A DNA stretch of 20,000 nt. Origin: an uncultured virus (IMG/VR IMGVR_UViG_3300042894_005760). Taxonomy: Duplodnaviria > Heunggongvirae > Uroviricota > Caudoviricetes. The DNA lies in IMG/VR virus record IMGVR_UViG_3300042894_005760; one strand, written 5' to 3'. Shown in pieces: positions 7,942 through 15,644 of the stretch; the stretch's first letter is position 1; the number at the start of each line of letters is the position of its first letter. Under the pieces are notes generated by a model, which made no database searches, was not told where the DNA came from, and saw only the letters and a program-made list of their open reading frames with translations. The translations under genes were made by a program, and so were the position numbers.

Positions 7942-9468
7942 ATGCTAGTAGAAACAAGTTATTTAACTAATACCAAAAAGCTGGTATGTAGTTATGTTGA
8001 CAAATCAGGAGAAATTAAATTAAAATACTATGATTGGGACACCCCAATGAAATATGTATCTTGTGAAGATACAGACCCACAAAAACATGCAGAATTCAAA
8101 TCTTGGGATGGTAAATCTGTAAAACAAATTGAAGTAAATCATCCAGATAGATATGCAATCTATGAGTTCTTAGATTCACTTCCTGAAAAAGAAAAAGATG
8201 AGATCTTTGAGTTTAACTTACCAAAGATATTCTTTATAGATATTGAAACAGAAATCGTTGATGGTTTCCCAGAAGCGGCAGATATTAAAGATGCTGATGG
8301 TAATGTTATAAAAGAAGGTGCATGTACACAAGTTCTTTCTATATCAATTGTTTATGATGATAAAATAATTCTTCTTGGTTTAAAAGATATGCCAGAAGAT
8401 ATGCAAAATAGAATTTGTGATAACACAAATAAATACTTTGAGAAATTTGGAACAGAATATAAGTTTAGATATGTTAAATACGAATCTGAATTTGATATGT
8501 TGTACGCTTTCTTTGAGAAAATGATTCCTAAGATGCCAATTTTAACTGGTTGGAACTTCTTAAACTATGACTGGGTTTATTTAGTAAATAGAAGTAGAAA
8601 GATTTCTAAATGGGCTAACGGAAAAGAATGGAAAATTGACCCAGCAGTTTCATCACCTTTAAAAAGAATAAATAAAATGTGGGGTACTGATTATGAAGTT
8701 CCTGCACATAGAATGATTTTTGATTATATGCAACTATATGAAATCTGTGATACTTCGATTAAAGTAAAAGAATCTTCTTCATTAGACTTCGTTGCCAATA
8801 AACTAGTTGGTGTTGAAAAGATTAAGTATAATGGTTCATTACAAAAACTTTATGAAGACGATTTTGAAACATTTATGTACTATAACGCGGTCGATTCCGT
8901 ACTTGTACAAAAAATACACGAGTCAAGAAACTATATTTCAATTATTTATGCGATTTCATCATTGGCAAAGATTAGAATTGTCGATGTAGTATCTCAAATG
9001 AATAACGCATTAGGTTCATTGGCGATTACCGAAGGTGTTTTAAGAAACAGATTTAGAGAAATGGACAACATTGTTCTTTTCAAAGATGAAAGAGGTGACG
9101 GAGAATCTACTATTGCAGGTGGTTGGGTTAAAGATCCTGTTGTAGGAATGAATAGATGGGTAGTTATTTATGACTTTGCCTCACTATATCCAACTACACA
9201 AAGACAATTCTTTATTGCACCAGAGACATTTGTTGGAGTTCAAGATGAGAAGAATAAAGGTTTCTGTGATAATGGTAGACCTATTGATGAAGAGAAACAC
9301 GTTGTTTGTGTAAATGGTGTGGTTTTTGAGAAAAGACTATCACCAACACTTAGAATGTTGGAAGATGTTTATGCTGACAGAAAGTATAATAAAGGAATTA
9401 TGATGAGAAAGAAAGACGAACTAAAAGAAGTCATGGATCAAATCAAAGAGCTTGAAGAATCACTATAA
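7942..9468 (+). CDS. Family B DNA polymerase, N-terminal subunit (3'-5' exonuclease plus motif A); split gp43A-like
   Basis: ExoI FIDIETE, ExoII TGWNFLNYD, ExoIII YNAVD, AGGWV..P and motif A YDFASLYP are present. The ORF ends in the fingers helix (RKYNKGIM...) without KxxxNSxYG or YGDTDS. Confidence 0.9.
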   Translation: MLVETSYLTNTKKLVCSYVDKSGEIKLKYYDWDTPMKYVSCEDTDPQKHAEFKSWDGKSVKQIEVNHPDRYAIYEFLDSLPEKEKDEIFEFNLPKIFFIDIETEIVDGFPEAADIKDADGNVIKEGACTQVLSISIVYDDKIILLGLKDMPEDMQNRICDNTNKYFEKFGTEYKFRYVKYESEFDMLYAFFEKMIPKMPILTGWNFLNYDWVYLVNRSRKISKWANGKEWKIDPAVSSPLKRINKMWGTDYEVPAHRMIFDYMQLYEICDTSIKVKESSSLDFVANKLVGVEKIKYNGSLQKLYEDDFETFMYYNAVDSVLVQKIHESRNYISIIYAISSLAKIRIVDVVSQMNNALGSLAITEGVLRNRFREMDNIVLFKDERGDGESTIAGGWVKDPVVGMNRWVVIYDFASLYPTTQRQFFIAPETFVGVQDEKNKGFCDNGRPIDEEKHVVCVNGVVFEKRLSPTLRMLEDVYADRKYNKGIMMRKKDELKEVMDQIKELEESL

Positions 9469-9474
9469 ATAATA

Positions 9475-9499
9475 AAACCTCTATCATAAGTAGAGGTTT
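9475..9499. terminator. Probable bidirectional terminator
   Basis: AAACCTCTA-TCATAAG-TAGAGGTTT between convergent genes. Confidence 0.7.
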
Positions 9500-9674
9500 A
9501 TTCGTATAAAGATTCAATGTGTTGGGTAAAGTATTGCCCAAATTTTTCAATACAAAGGTCATAGATTTCAAATTCATTTGAAAGTCCATTTTCCAATAAT
9601 TCGTCAATAAAATTAAAAATTTCATCTGTTGTAGTATAAACAGAAAATTCGTCGTGATGTAAGATATGTTCCAT
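9498..9674 (-). CDS. Small acidic hypothetical protein (58 aa, MEHILHHDEF...)
   Basis: ATG 9674 preferred because the upstream ATG 9704 overlaps a TGATATATA promoter-like motif. Confidence 0.65.
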   Translation of the reverse strand: MEHILHHDEFSVYTTTDEIFNFIDELLENGLSNEFEIYDLCIEKFGQYFTQHIESLYE

Positions 9675-9762
9675 AAAAAAGTGGTAGTTTAATCTATATA
9701 TCATATAAAAAATATAAAAAACCTTGTTTCTTAATAAAAAATTTAAAAAAAAATCATTTTTT

Positions 9763-9788
9763 AAACAATTACCTTTTATATCATATAA
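9763..9788 (+). promoter_or_regulatory. Putative middle promoter AAAC-N16-ATATAA
   Basis: AAACAATTACCTTTTATATCATATAA, 26 nt before ATG 9815. Confidence 0.55.
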
Positions 9789-9814
9789 AACGTAACAAAA
9801 ATATCAACTAAAAT

Positions 9815-11482
9815 ATGTCATTAAAGAAAGATCTTTCAAAATATAGTCCTCGAAAACAACAACAAGAAGCAATAGATTTTATAGACCAACAATTCAAAAA
9901 AGATCCTACTACCAAATTCTTCTTATTAGATATGCCAGTCGGTGTTGGAAAAAGCCATCTTGCTTTAATGATAGCAGATTGGTACAAAAAGAATAAGAAT
10001 AAAATGGCTAGAGTTGATATAATCACCAACTCAAAAATACTTCAAGATCAATACTCAAGTACTTATGAATCTATTGCAGATTTAAAAGGTAAAGAAAACT
10101 ATGAATGTTCTTCTTATGCTTGTTCTTGTGCACAAGGTTCTGAATTTAATAGACTTAATAAAACTTCTTGTGAAGTTTGTCCTTATTCTTCTGCAAGAGA
10201 AGGTTATATTAGTAGTGGAGTTTCTTTAACTAACTTTTATCTTTATATTCTTTATGCCATGTATAATCAAAAGTTAATGGAAGCTAGAGATGCAAGAGTT
10301 TTAATTGTTGATGAAGCACACGACTTTGATGATGTAATGAGTTCATTCATTTCTATTAAAATAACTGAAACGGTAATCAAAAGATTTAGTTTTTCTAATG
10401 AACACGATTTGATTTCGAGATTAAAAGCAGTCACTACTATTAGTGCTTATGTAGATTTCCTAAAATATTTCAATAATGAAGTTGTAACCACAATGGAACA
10501 AATGGAAAAAGGTATGTCTAAGGCAGAAAGAGACGTGGTTCAAGATAAAAGAGATTTGAAAATCAATAAAGTTTTAAATGGTAAGAACAGTGATGTTAAA
10601 TTAATGCAATTAATTACTGATTTAAAACAGTATCAAATGAAAATTGAGTTATTTTTAACAGAATATAAAGCAAATCCTAATAACTGGGTTTTAGAACCTT
10701 CTTATAATGAAAAGTTAAGACAAAAAGAACTATCATTGGAACCAATTTGGGCTTATGATTACTTAGACAAGTATGTTTTTTCTCACTATGATATGGTCTT
10801 TTTAATGTCTGGTACTATTTTAGACAAAAATCTTTTCTGTCAGTTAAATGGATTAGATGTTACTAAAGCCGCTTATCACTCGATTGAGTCTCCTTTCCCT
10901 GTAAAGAATAGACCTATTATTTATATGCCGATTGGTAAGATGTCTTATAAGAATAAAGAAGAAACTTTTCAAAGATATATTCCTTATATTAAGAAGATAA
11001 TGAATAAATATGCCGGTCAAAAGGGAATTATACATACAAACTCATTTGAATTATCAAATTGGATTCAAAAATCTATAAAAGATAAGAGATTTGTTTTTCA
11101 TGATTCTACAAATAAAGATGAAATGTTAAAAATGCACTGTGAAACTGATAAACCAACGGTTTTAGTTAGTCCAAGTATGGATACTGGTGTTTCATTAGAT
11201 GATGATTTGGCAAGGTTTCAAATTATTGCAAAAGTTCCTTATCCAAGTTTAGGTTCTCAAAAGAATAAAATGAGACAAAGTAATAATCCTGATTGGTATG
11301 CTTGGAAAACTGTTTCTGGATTTATACAAATGACTGGACGTTCTGTACGTTCTAGTGAAGATTATGCAGATACTATTATTTTAGATGGTTCGTTTGGGGA
11401 TGTAATGAAACATAGTTCTCATTTCTTACCTAATTGGATTCAAGAAGCAATTAAAAAGGTTACCATTAAAGTCACAACATAA
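9815..11482 (+). CDS. DinG/XPD-family SF2 helicase
   Basis: Q motif PRKQQ, Walker A MPVGVGKS, LKGKENYEC..C.C...C..CPY Cys cluster (Fe-S-like), IVDEAH, MSGT, GVSLDDD..RFQIIAKVPYP and QMTGRSVRS..D...IILD. Confidence 0.92.
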   Translation: MSLKKDLSKYSPRKQQQEAIDFIDQQFKKDPTTKFFLLDMPVGVGKSHLALMIADWYKKNKNKMARVDIITNSKILQDQYSSTYESIADLKGKENYECSSYACSCAQGSEFNRLNKTSCEVCPYSSAREGYISSGVSLTNFYLYILYAMYNQKLMEARDARVLIVDEAHDFDDVMSSFISIKITETVIKRFSFSNEHDLISRLKAVTTISAYVDFLKYFNNEVVTTMEQMEKGMSKAERDVVQDKRDLKINKVLNGKNSDVKLMQLITDLKQYQMKIELFLTEYKANPNNWVLEPSYNEKLRQKELSLEPIWAYDYLDKYVFSHYDMVFLMSGTILDKNLFCQLNGLDVTKAAYHSIESPFPVKNRPIIYMPIGKMSYKNKEETFQRYIPYIKKIMNKYAGQKGIIHTNSFELSNWIQKSIKDKRFVFHDSTNKDEMLKMHCETDKPTVLVSPSMDTGVSLDDDLARFQIIAKVPYPSLGSQKNKMRQSNNPDWYAWKTVSGFIQMTGRSVRSSEDYADTIILDGSFGDVMKHSSHFLPNWIQEAIKKVTIKVTT

Positions 11483-11506
11483 AAAAAGACCCAATGGGTC
11501 TTTTTT
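11481..11506. terminator. Bidirectional intrinsic terminator
   Basis: AAAAAAGACCC-AAT-GGGTCTTTTTT between convergent genes. Confidence 0.88.
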
Positions 11507-11527
11507 ATTTTATAAGAAGAATGATTA

Positions 11528-11728
11528 TTAACCCATTCCTCCACCATAATTATGTATATTTACTTTTTCACCATCAACTAAAAGATTTATATTACCTCCA
11601 ATATTTTTTAATGCTTTTTTAATTTCATTGATAACAACTTGTTTAACTTGTCCATCACCATCAATATTAATATTTACTTGACCTTCAGCACCACCAAAGA
11701 ATTCTTCATTAAACTTTTTAATTTTCAT
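11528..11728 (-). CDS. Small hypothetical protein (MKIKKFNEEF...)
   Basis: Starts 2 nt after the previous gene's stop and has the shared N-terminal motif. Confidence 0.75.
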   Translation of the reverse strand: MKIKKFNEEFFGGAEGQVNINIDGDGQVKQVVINEIKKALKNIGGNINLLVDGEKVNIHNYGGGMG

Positions 11729-11730
11729 AA

Positions 11731-12285
11731 TTATTTCTGTTTTTTAAGTATTGAATCCTGTAATGCTTTTGGTAACTTCTTTTGAGCAACCGTTAAACCT
11801 TTTTTACCACCTTTATCATCTTCTTTAGCGTCTTTAGCAGCTTTCTTCATAGGCTCTTTTTTATCACCATCTTTATCTAAATCTAAGAAATCTGGTTTAC
11901 CTTTTCCACCTTTTTTATCGTCTTCTTTACCTTTACTTTTAGCTTTTTGTTTATCTAAATATGCTTTGAAACCTGGATTCATTTTTTTCTTTTCAAGAAC
12001 TTCTTCGTCTCCCCATCTTCTGATTCTGTTTTCTGCTTGATTTTCTTCTTCCTCTTCTTCTTCTTCTGATAATCCATAGTCATCTTCATGTTCTCCTAAT
12101 TCATTAGTATCATCACAAGTTGCACAATCTTCTTCATCTTCTCCAAAGTTTTCAAAGTCATCTTCATTGAATTCATTTCCTTCTTCACCGAATTCAGCTA
12201 CATCACTCTCACGTTCTTGTGCGAATCTACCGTACTTTTCTTCTTCTTCAAATGAAAAGTTTTCAAATCTTTTAATATGTTTCAT
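11731..12285 (-). CDS. Charge-polarised low-complexity protein, probably head-internal (MKHIKRFENFSFEE)
   Basis: Acidic N-half and Lys-rich C-half, with a DxDxDG motif (DFLDLDKDGDKKEPMKKAAK). Confidence 0.85.
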   Translation of the reverse strand: MKHIKRFENFSFEEEEKYGRFAQERESDVAEFGEEGNEFNEDDFENFGEDEEDCATCDDTNELGEHEDDYGLSEEEEEEEENQAENRIRRWGDEEVLEKKKMNPGFKAYLDKQKAKSKGKEDDKKGGKGKPDFLDLDKDGDKKEPMKKAAKDAKEDDKGGKKGLTVAQKKLPKALQDSILKKQK

Positions 12286-12307
12286 ATTTTTTAAAGCTAT
12301 TTTTTAT

Positions 12308-12316
12308 TATATATTA
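12308..12316 (-). promoter_or_regulatory. Putative late promoter TAATATATA
   Basis: Exact motif upstream of ATG 12285. Confidence 0.55.
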
Positions 12317-12356
12317 AACTTTTTTATTACTTTTTCTGATTTTTAATATAAATTTT

Positions 12357-12365
12357 TAATATATA
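12357..12365 (+). promoter_or_regulatory. Putative late promoter TAATATATA
   Basis: Exact motif 4 nt before ATG 12370. Confidence 0.55.
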
Positions 12366-12369
12366 TGAT

Positions 12370-13152
12370 ATGAAAATAACAAAATTTCAACAATACTCTC
12401 TTCAAGACTCAATGGTATCTGATTTTATCAACTCATTTGATGGTTTAATCACTGAATCAGACGAAACTGAATATAAAAAGATACAGAAAAGAGTAATAAG
12501 TGATTTAAGATTAAATGGAAATTTATCTCTAACATTTGGTGCAGGTATACAAGCTCTTTATCCAGTTGTTAATAAATTAATGACCAATATGAAAATCAGT
12601 TCTATTGAAGTTACCCCAGATAAAGTTGTTCTTTTAACAATATGTGCTTTTACAATAGTTTATTTGGAAGAGAAAAAGTTTAAAGATGGTAAAGAAGAAG
12701 ATGTTTTAACTAAAGATTCTAAATCTATGTTAGAAGAATTGAAGATGGTGGGTATTGGAAATGGAATTGTTAAGAAAGTAGTTAAGTTATTTAAGTCAAT
12801 TACTGGTATTTTTAACTTAATTGGTAAACATTTAAAGTCAGTAGTTAAAGGATTTGTTGATATGTTTGCTTATACTGCAATTTTGATACCTATAATGAAT
12901 GGTATTCTTTACATAGTTGGTAAATATGATCTAAATGTAGATAGTTTCTTAGAAAATTTTGCAGCTTTAACTATGGGAGTTGGTACTTTGATTGCAAAAA
13001 ATGGAATTATATCAATTATTGATAAACTAAAGGATAAAATTAATCCAAAAGATAAAAAAGAAATAGTAGATGAGGTTAATGCCAATATAATAAAGAAGGT
13101 ATCTGACTTCACACTTAACCCCGAAGATGGTGAAATGATTAATGAACAATAA
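12370..13152 (+). CDS. Hypothetical protein with several hydrophobic helices
   Basis: 260-aa ORF with segments LSLTFGAGIQALYP, VVLLTICAFTIVYL, MFAYTAILIPIMNGILYIV and FAALTMGVGTLIA. Confidence 0.82.
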   Translation: MKITKFQQYSLQDSMVSDFINSFDGLITESDETEYKKIQKRVISDLRLNGNLSLTFGAGIQALYPVVNKLMTNMKISSIEVTPDKVVLLTICAFTIVYLEEKKFKDGKEEDVLTKDSKSMLEELKMVGIGNGIVKKVVKLFKSITGIFNLIGKHLKSVVKGFVDMFAYTAILIPIMNGILYIVGKYDLNVDSFLENFAALTMGVGTLIAKNGIISIIDKLKDKINPKDKKEIVDEVNANIIKKVSDFTLNPEDGEMINEQ

Positions 13153-13159
13153 TTATAGC

Positions 13160-13185
13160 AAACTTAAACGTAGGTTTTAATATAA
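13160..13185 (+). promoter_or_regulatory. Putative middle promoter AAAC-N16-ATATAA
   Basis: AAACTTAAACGTAGGTTTTAATATAA before ATG 13208. Confidence 0.55.
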
Positions 13186-13207
13186 TAAATAAAATTAATC
13201 GAAATTA

Positions 13208-14536
13208 ATGACCCCACAACTAGAGAAGGTATTCTTCAATTACATTTTAACCAATAAGAAGTATTTCGATGTGGTGAAAACGTTCTTTTTTAGAAATTCT
13301 GAAATTCAATTTGTTTACGGAGTTATCAGACAGTATATGTTAGATAATAATGATCCTGGTATACCTACACCAAGACAAATATTAGACATGGTCGCTCTTG
13401 AAGACAAAGAAGGTGTTATCACGAAAGATATTTTAAAATCAATTTTACAAGTAGACCTTAAAGAGTATGATGAAAAAAACTTCATCGAACCGAAATTTAA
13501 CGCTTGGATCTTAGCAAATCGTTTAAAAACAGGAACTGTTGATATTATCGACGAAACCAGAAACCTTGATTCTATCTCAGACTTTGAAAAAGCGGTTGAG
13601 GCAGCTGGTCGTATTAAAGCAATCGTAGATGAAATGTCATCTACTAATTTTGTTGACGATGACGATATGGGTACCGACTTTGACGATGCCGAAAGTCACG
13701 TACAGGATAGTTCTCGATTTAAAGTTAGTTGTGGTTTTCCAACTATTGACCATATGTTAGGTGGTGGATGGGATATTGGAACCTTCAATGTAATTATGGC
13801 AGAAACCAATAATGGAAAGTCGTTATGGATGCAAAACTTTGCCGTTAAATCAGCTGATATGGGACATAATGTTCTTTATATCACTTTAGAAATGAGTGAA
13901 AGAAAAGTTATGAAACGTTTAGGTGCAATGCGTTTAAAAATTCCAATCAATGATTATGATACTATATCAAAAGATACTGATTTAATCAAAAAAAGAATTG
14001 CTGGTTTAAGTAAAACTGACGGTGGAGACATTTTTGATAAAAAAGTTGGTAAGATATATGCTAAGTTTTGGGCAGCAGGAACTGCAACTGTAGCAGATTT
14101 TGACAATTACATTCAAAAACTTAAAGAGAAAAAAGGAATTAAAATTGATTTAGTTATTGTTGATTATATCACTCTTGTTGCTGCACCTAAAGGCACAGGA
14201 TCTGATAACTTATATTCTAAAGGTAAAGTTTTATCTGAGGGATTAAGAGCAATAGGAGCTAAATATAAATGTCCTGTGATAACAGGAGTTCAAGTAGCAA
14301 AAGATGCTTGGAACTCCGCAGATATTACATTAGAAAGCGTACCCGAATCTAAGGCTATTGCTGAAACAGCAGACACTTTCTTTGCAATTATTCGTACAGA
14401 AGAAATGAAAAGACAAAACTTGTATAGATTCAAGTTACTAAAACAAAGAGACGGTGACTTTTTGAAGTCACAAATTAGGCTTAACCTAAACTCAACCTAC
14501 TTAACTTTAGAGAACGACCAGTTCTTAGATAGTTAA
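13208..14536 (+). CDS. DnaB-like replicative helicase (T4 gp41-like)
   Basis: GFPTIDHMLGGG, Walker A AETNNGKS, LYITLEMSE, Walker B LVIVDYI, CPVITGVQ, ESKAIAETAD and LKQRDG. Confidence 0.93.
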   Translation: MTPQLEKVFFNYILTNKKYFDVVKTFFFRNSEIQFVYGVIRQYMLDNNDPGIPTPRQILDMVALEDKEGVITKDILKSILQVDLKEYDEKNFIEPKFNAWILANRLKTGTVDIIDETRNLDSISDFEKAVEAAGRIKAIVDEMSSTNFVDDDDMGTDFDDAESHVQDSSRFKVSCGFPTIDHMLGGGWDIGTFNVIMAETNNGKSLWMQNFAVKSADMGHNVLYITLEMSERKVMKRLGAMRLKIPINDYDTISKDTDLIKKRIAGLSKTDGGDIFDKKVGKIYAKFWAAGTATVADFDNYIQKLKEKKGIKIDLVIVDYITLVAAPKGTGSDNLYSKGKVLSEGLRAIGAKYKCPVITGVQVAKDAWNSADITLESVPESKAIAETADTFFAIIRTEEMKRQNLYRFKLLKQRDGDFLKSQIRLNLNSTYLTLENDQFLDS

Positions 14537-14537
14537 C

Positions 14538-14563
14538 AAACAAAATTGTATTTTGTTATATAA
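14538..14563 (+). promoter_or_regulatory. Putative middle promoter AAAC-N16-ATATAA
   Basis: AAACAAAATTGTATTTTGTTATATAA before ATG 14579. Confidence 0.55.
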
Positions 14564-14578
14564 AAAAATAAAAAAACT

Positions 14579-15544
14579 ATGGCAAAGAAACATGTCAGTG
14601 ATGAAGACGACGACTTCGAGAATGACTTCGATGAGATTGAAGATTTTGAAGGTCCTTCTTTGGAAGAATTTGATGAAGAAGATTCTGATGACTCCAGTGA
14701 CTCTGGTTTAGACTTTGGTGATGATGAAGATTTAGATATTATCATTGAAATAGATGAAGAAGATTTAGATCTTGATTTAGTACCTGAGGTAGAAAAAGTA
14801 GTAGATACTGTAGATGAGGATATTGTTTTGTCTAAACATAAAATAGAAGGAAAACACTCATTGAAATATGACTCAATCTTTAAAGGTAAAAAAGAAGAAG
14901 CGGTTGATGAGGATGATACTTCTGATTTATTTTCTGGATATTACAGAGAAACAATAGAAGTTGACAAAGGTTCTAATTACCATTTTGAATCAATTGATAA
15001 TGAAATGTATATTAGAACAAAATTAGTTAAAGAAAGAGTTTATTTTGTATTGGGAGAACATACCGCAATAAACTTCTTGAATAACAGAAGAAAACCATCA
15101 AGAGTAGATTTTAACAATTATTACTCTTTATTAAAAATTCATCTTAAAGATGAAAGTTTTACAAATGTTGAACTTTTTAATGAACTATCAGTTTACTTTT
15201 CTGATAATTTATTCAATATGTTTAAACTATTAGATAACAAATGGCGTAATTTAATAATCACTGAATTACAAGACCATATTGGAAAAAACATTAATTCAAA
15301 AGATATTACAAATAGAAATATCTATGAAGGAACAGAAATCGAATTTGTTTGGGATGATCCAATTACAGAAGAAGAAAAAATTATTACTGGTGTTGTAATG
15401 GAAACAGACTACGATACTAGTACTTTTAAAGTAGATTCTTATGAAAATATTTATATGGTAAACATAAAAAATATAACTAGGATTTTAAATAATACTAAAT
15501 TCAAGTATAACCTAAACAAACTCAACAACATAGATTTTTTATAA
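14579..15544 (+). CDS. Hypothetical protein with a very acidic N-terminal region
   Basis: 321-aa ORF whose first ~80 residues are Asp/Glu-dominated, followed by a globular C-terminal part. Confidence 0.85.
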   Translation: MAKKHVSDEDDDFENDFDEIEDFEGPSLEEFDEEDSDDSSDSGLDFGDDEDLDIIIEIDEEDLDLDLVPEVEKVVDTVDEDIVLSKHKIEGKHSLKYDSIFKGKKEEAVDEDDTSDLFSGYYRETIEVDKGSNYHFESIDNEMYIRTKLVKERVYFVLGEHTAINFLNNRRKPSRVDFNNYYSLLKIHLKDESFTNVELFNELSVYFSDNLFNMFKLLDNKWRNLIITELQDHIGKNINSKDITNRNIYEGTEIEFVWDDPITEEEKIITGVVMETDYDTSTFKVDSYENIYMVNIKNITRILNNTKFKYNLNKLNNIDFL

Positions 15545-15644
15545 AATAAATTTTTTTGACATTATAAAAAACCAATAAAAAAAAGAATATTGATTTTTTT
15601 AATTTAAAAAGTATTTCAATATATAAAAAACAAAAAATTAATAA

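Noticed and set aside
9468..9815. Frameshift or stop read-through completing the DNA polymerase
   Set aside because: The downstream sequence is a terminator, a convergent ORF and promoter DNA, with no motif B or C visible.
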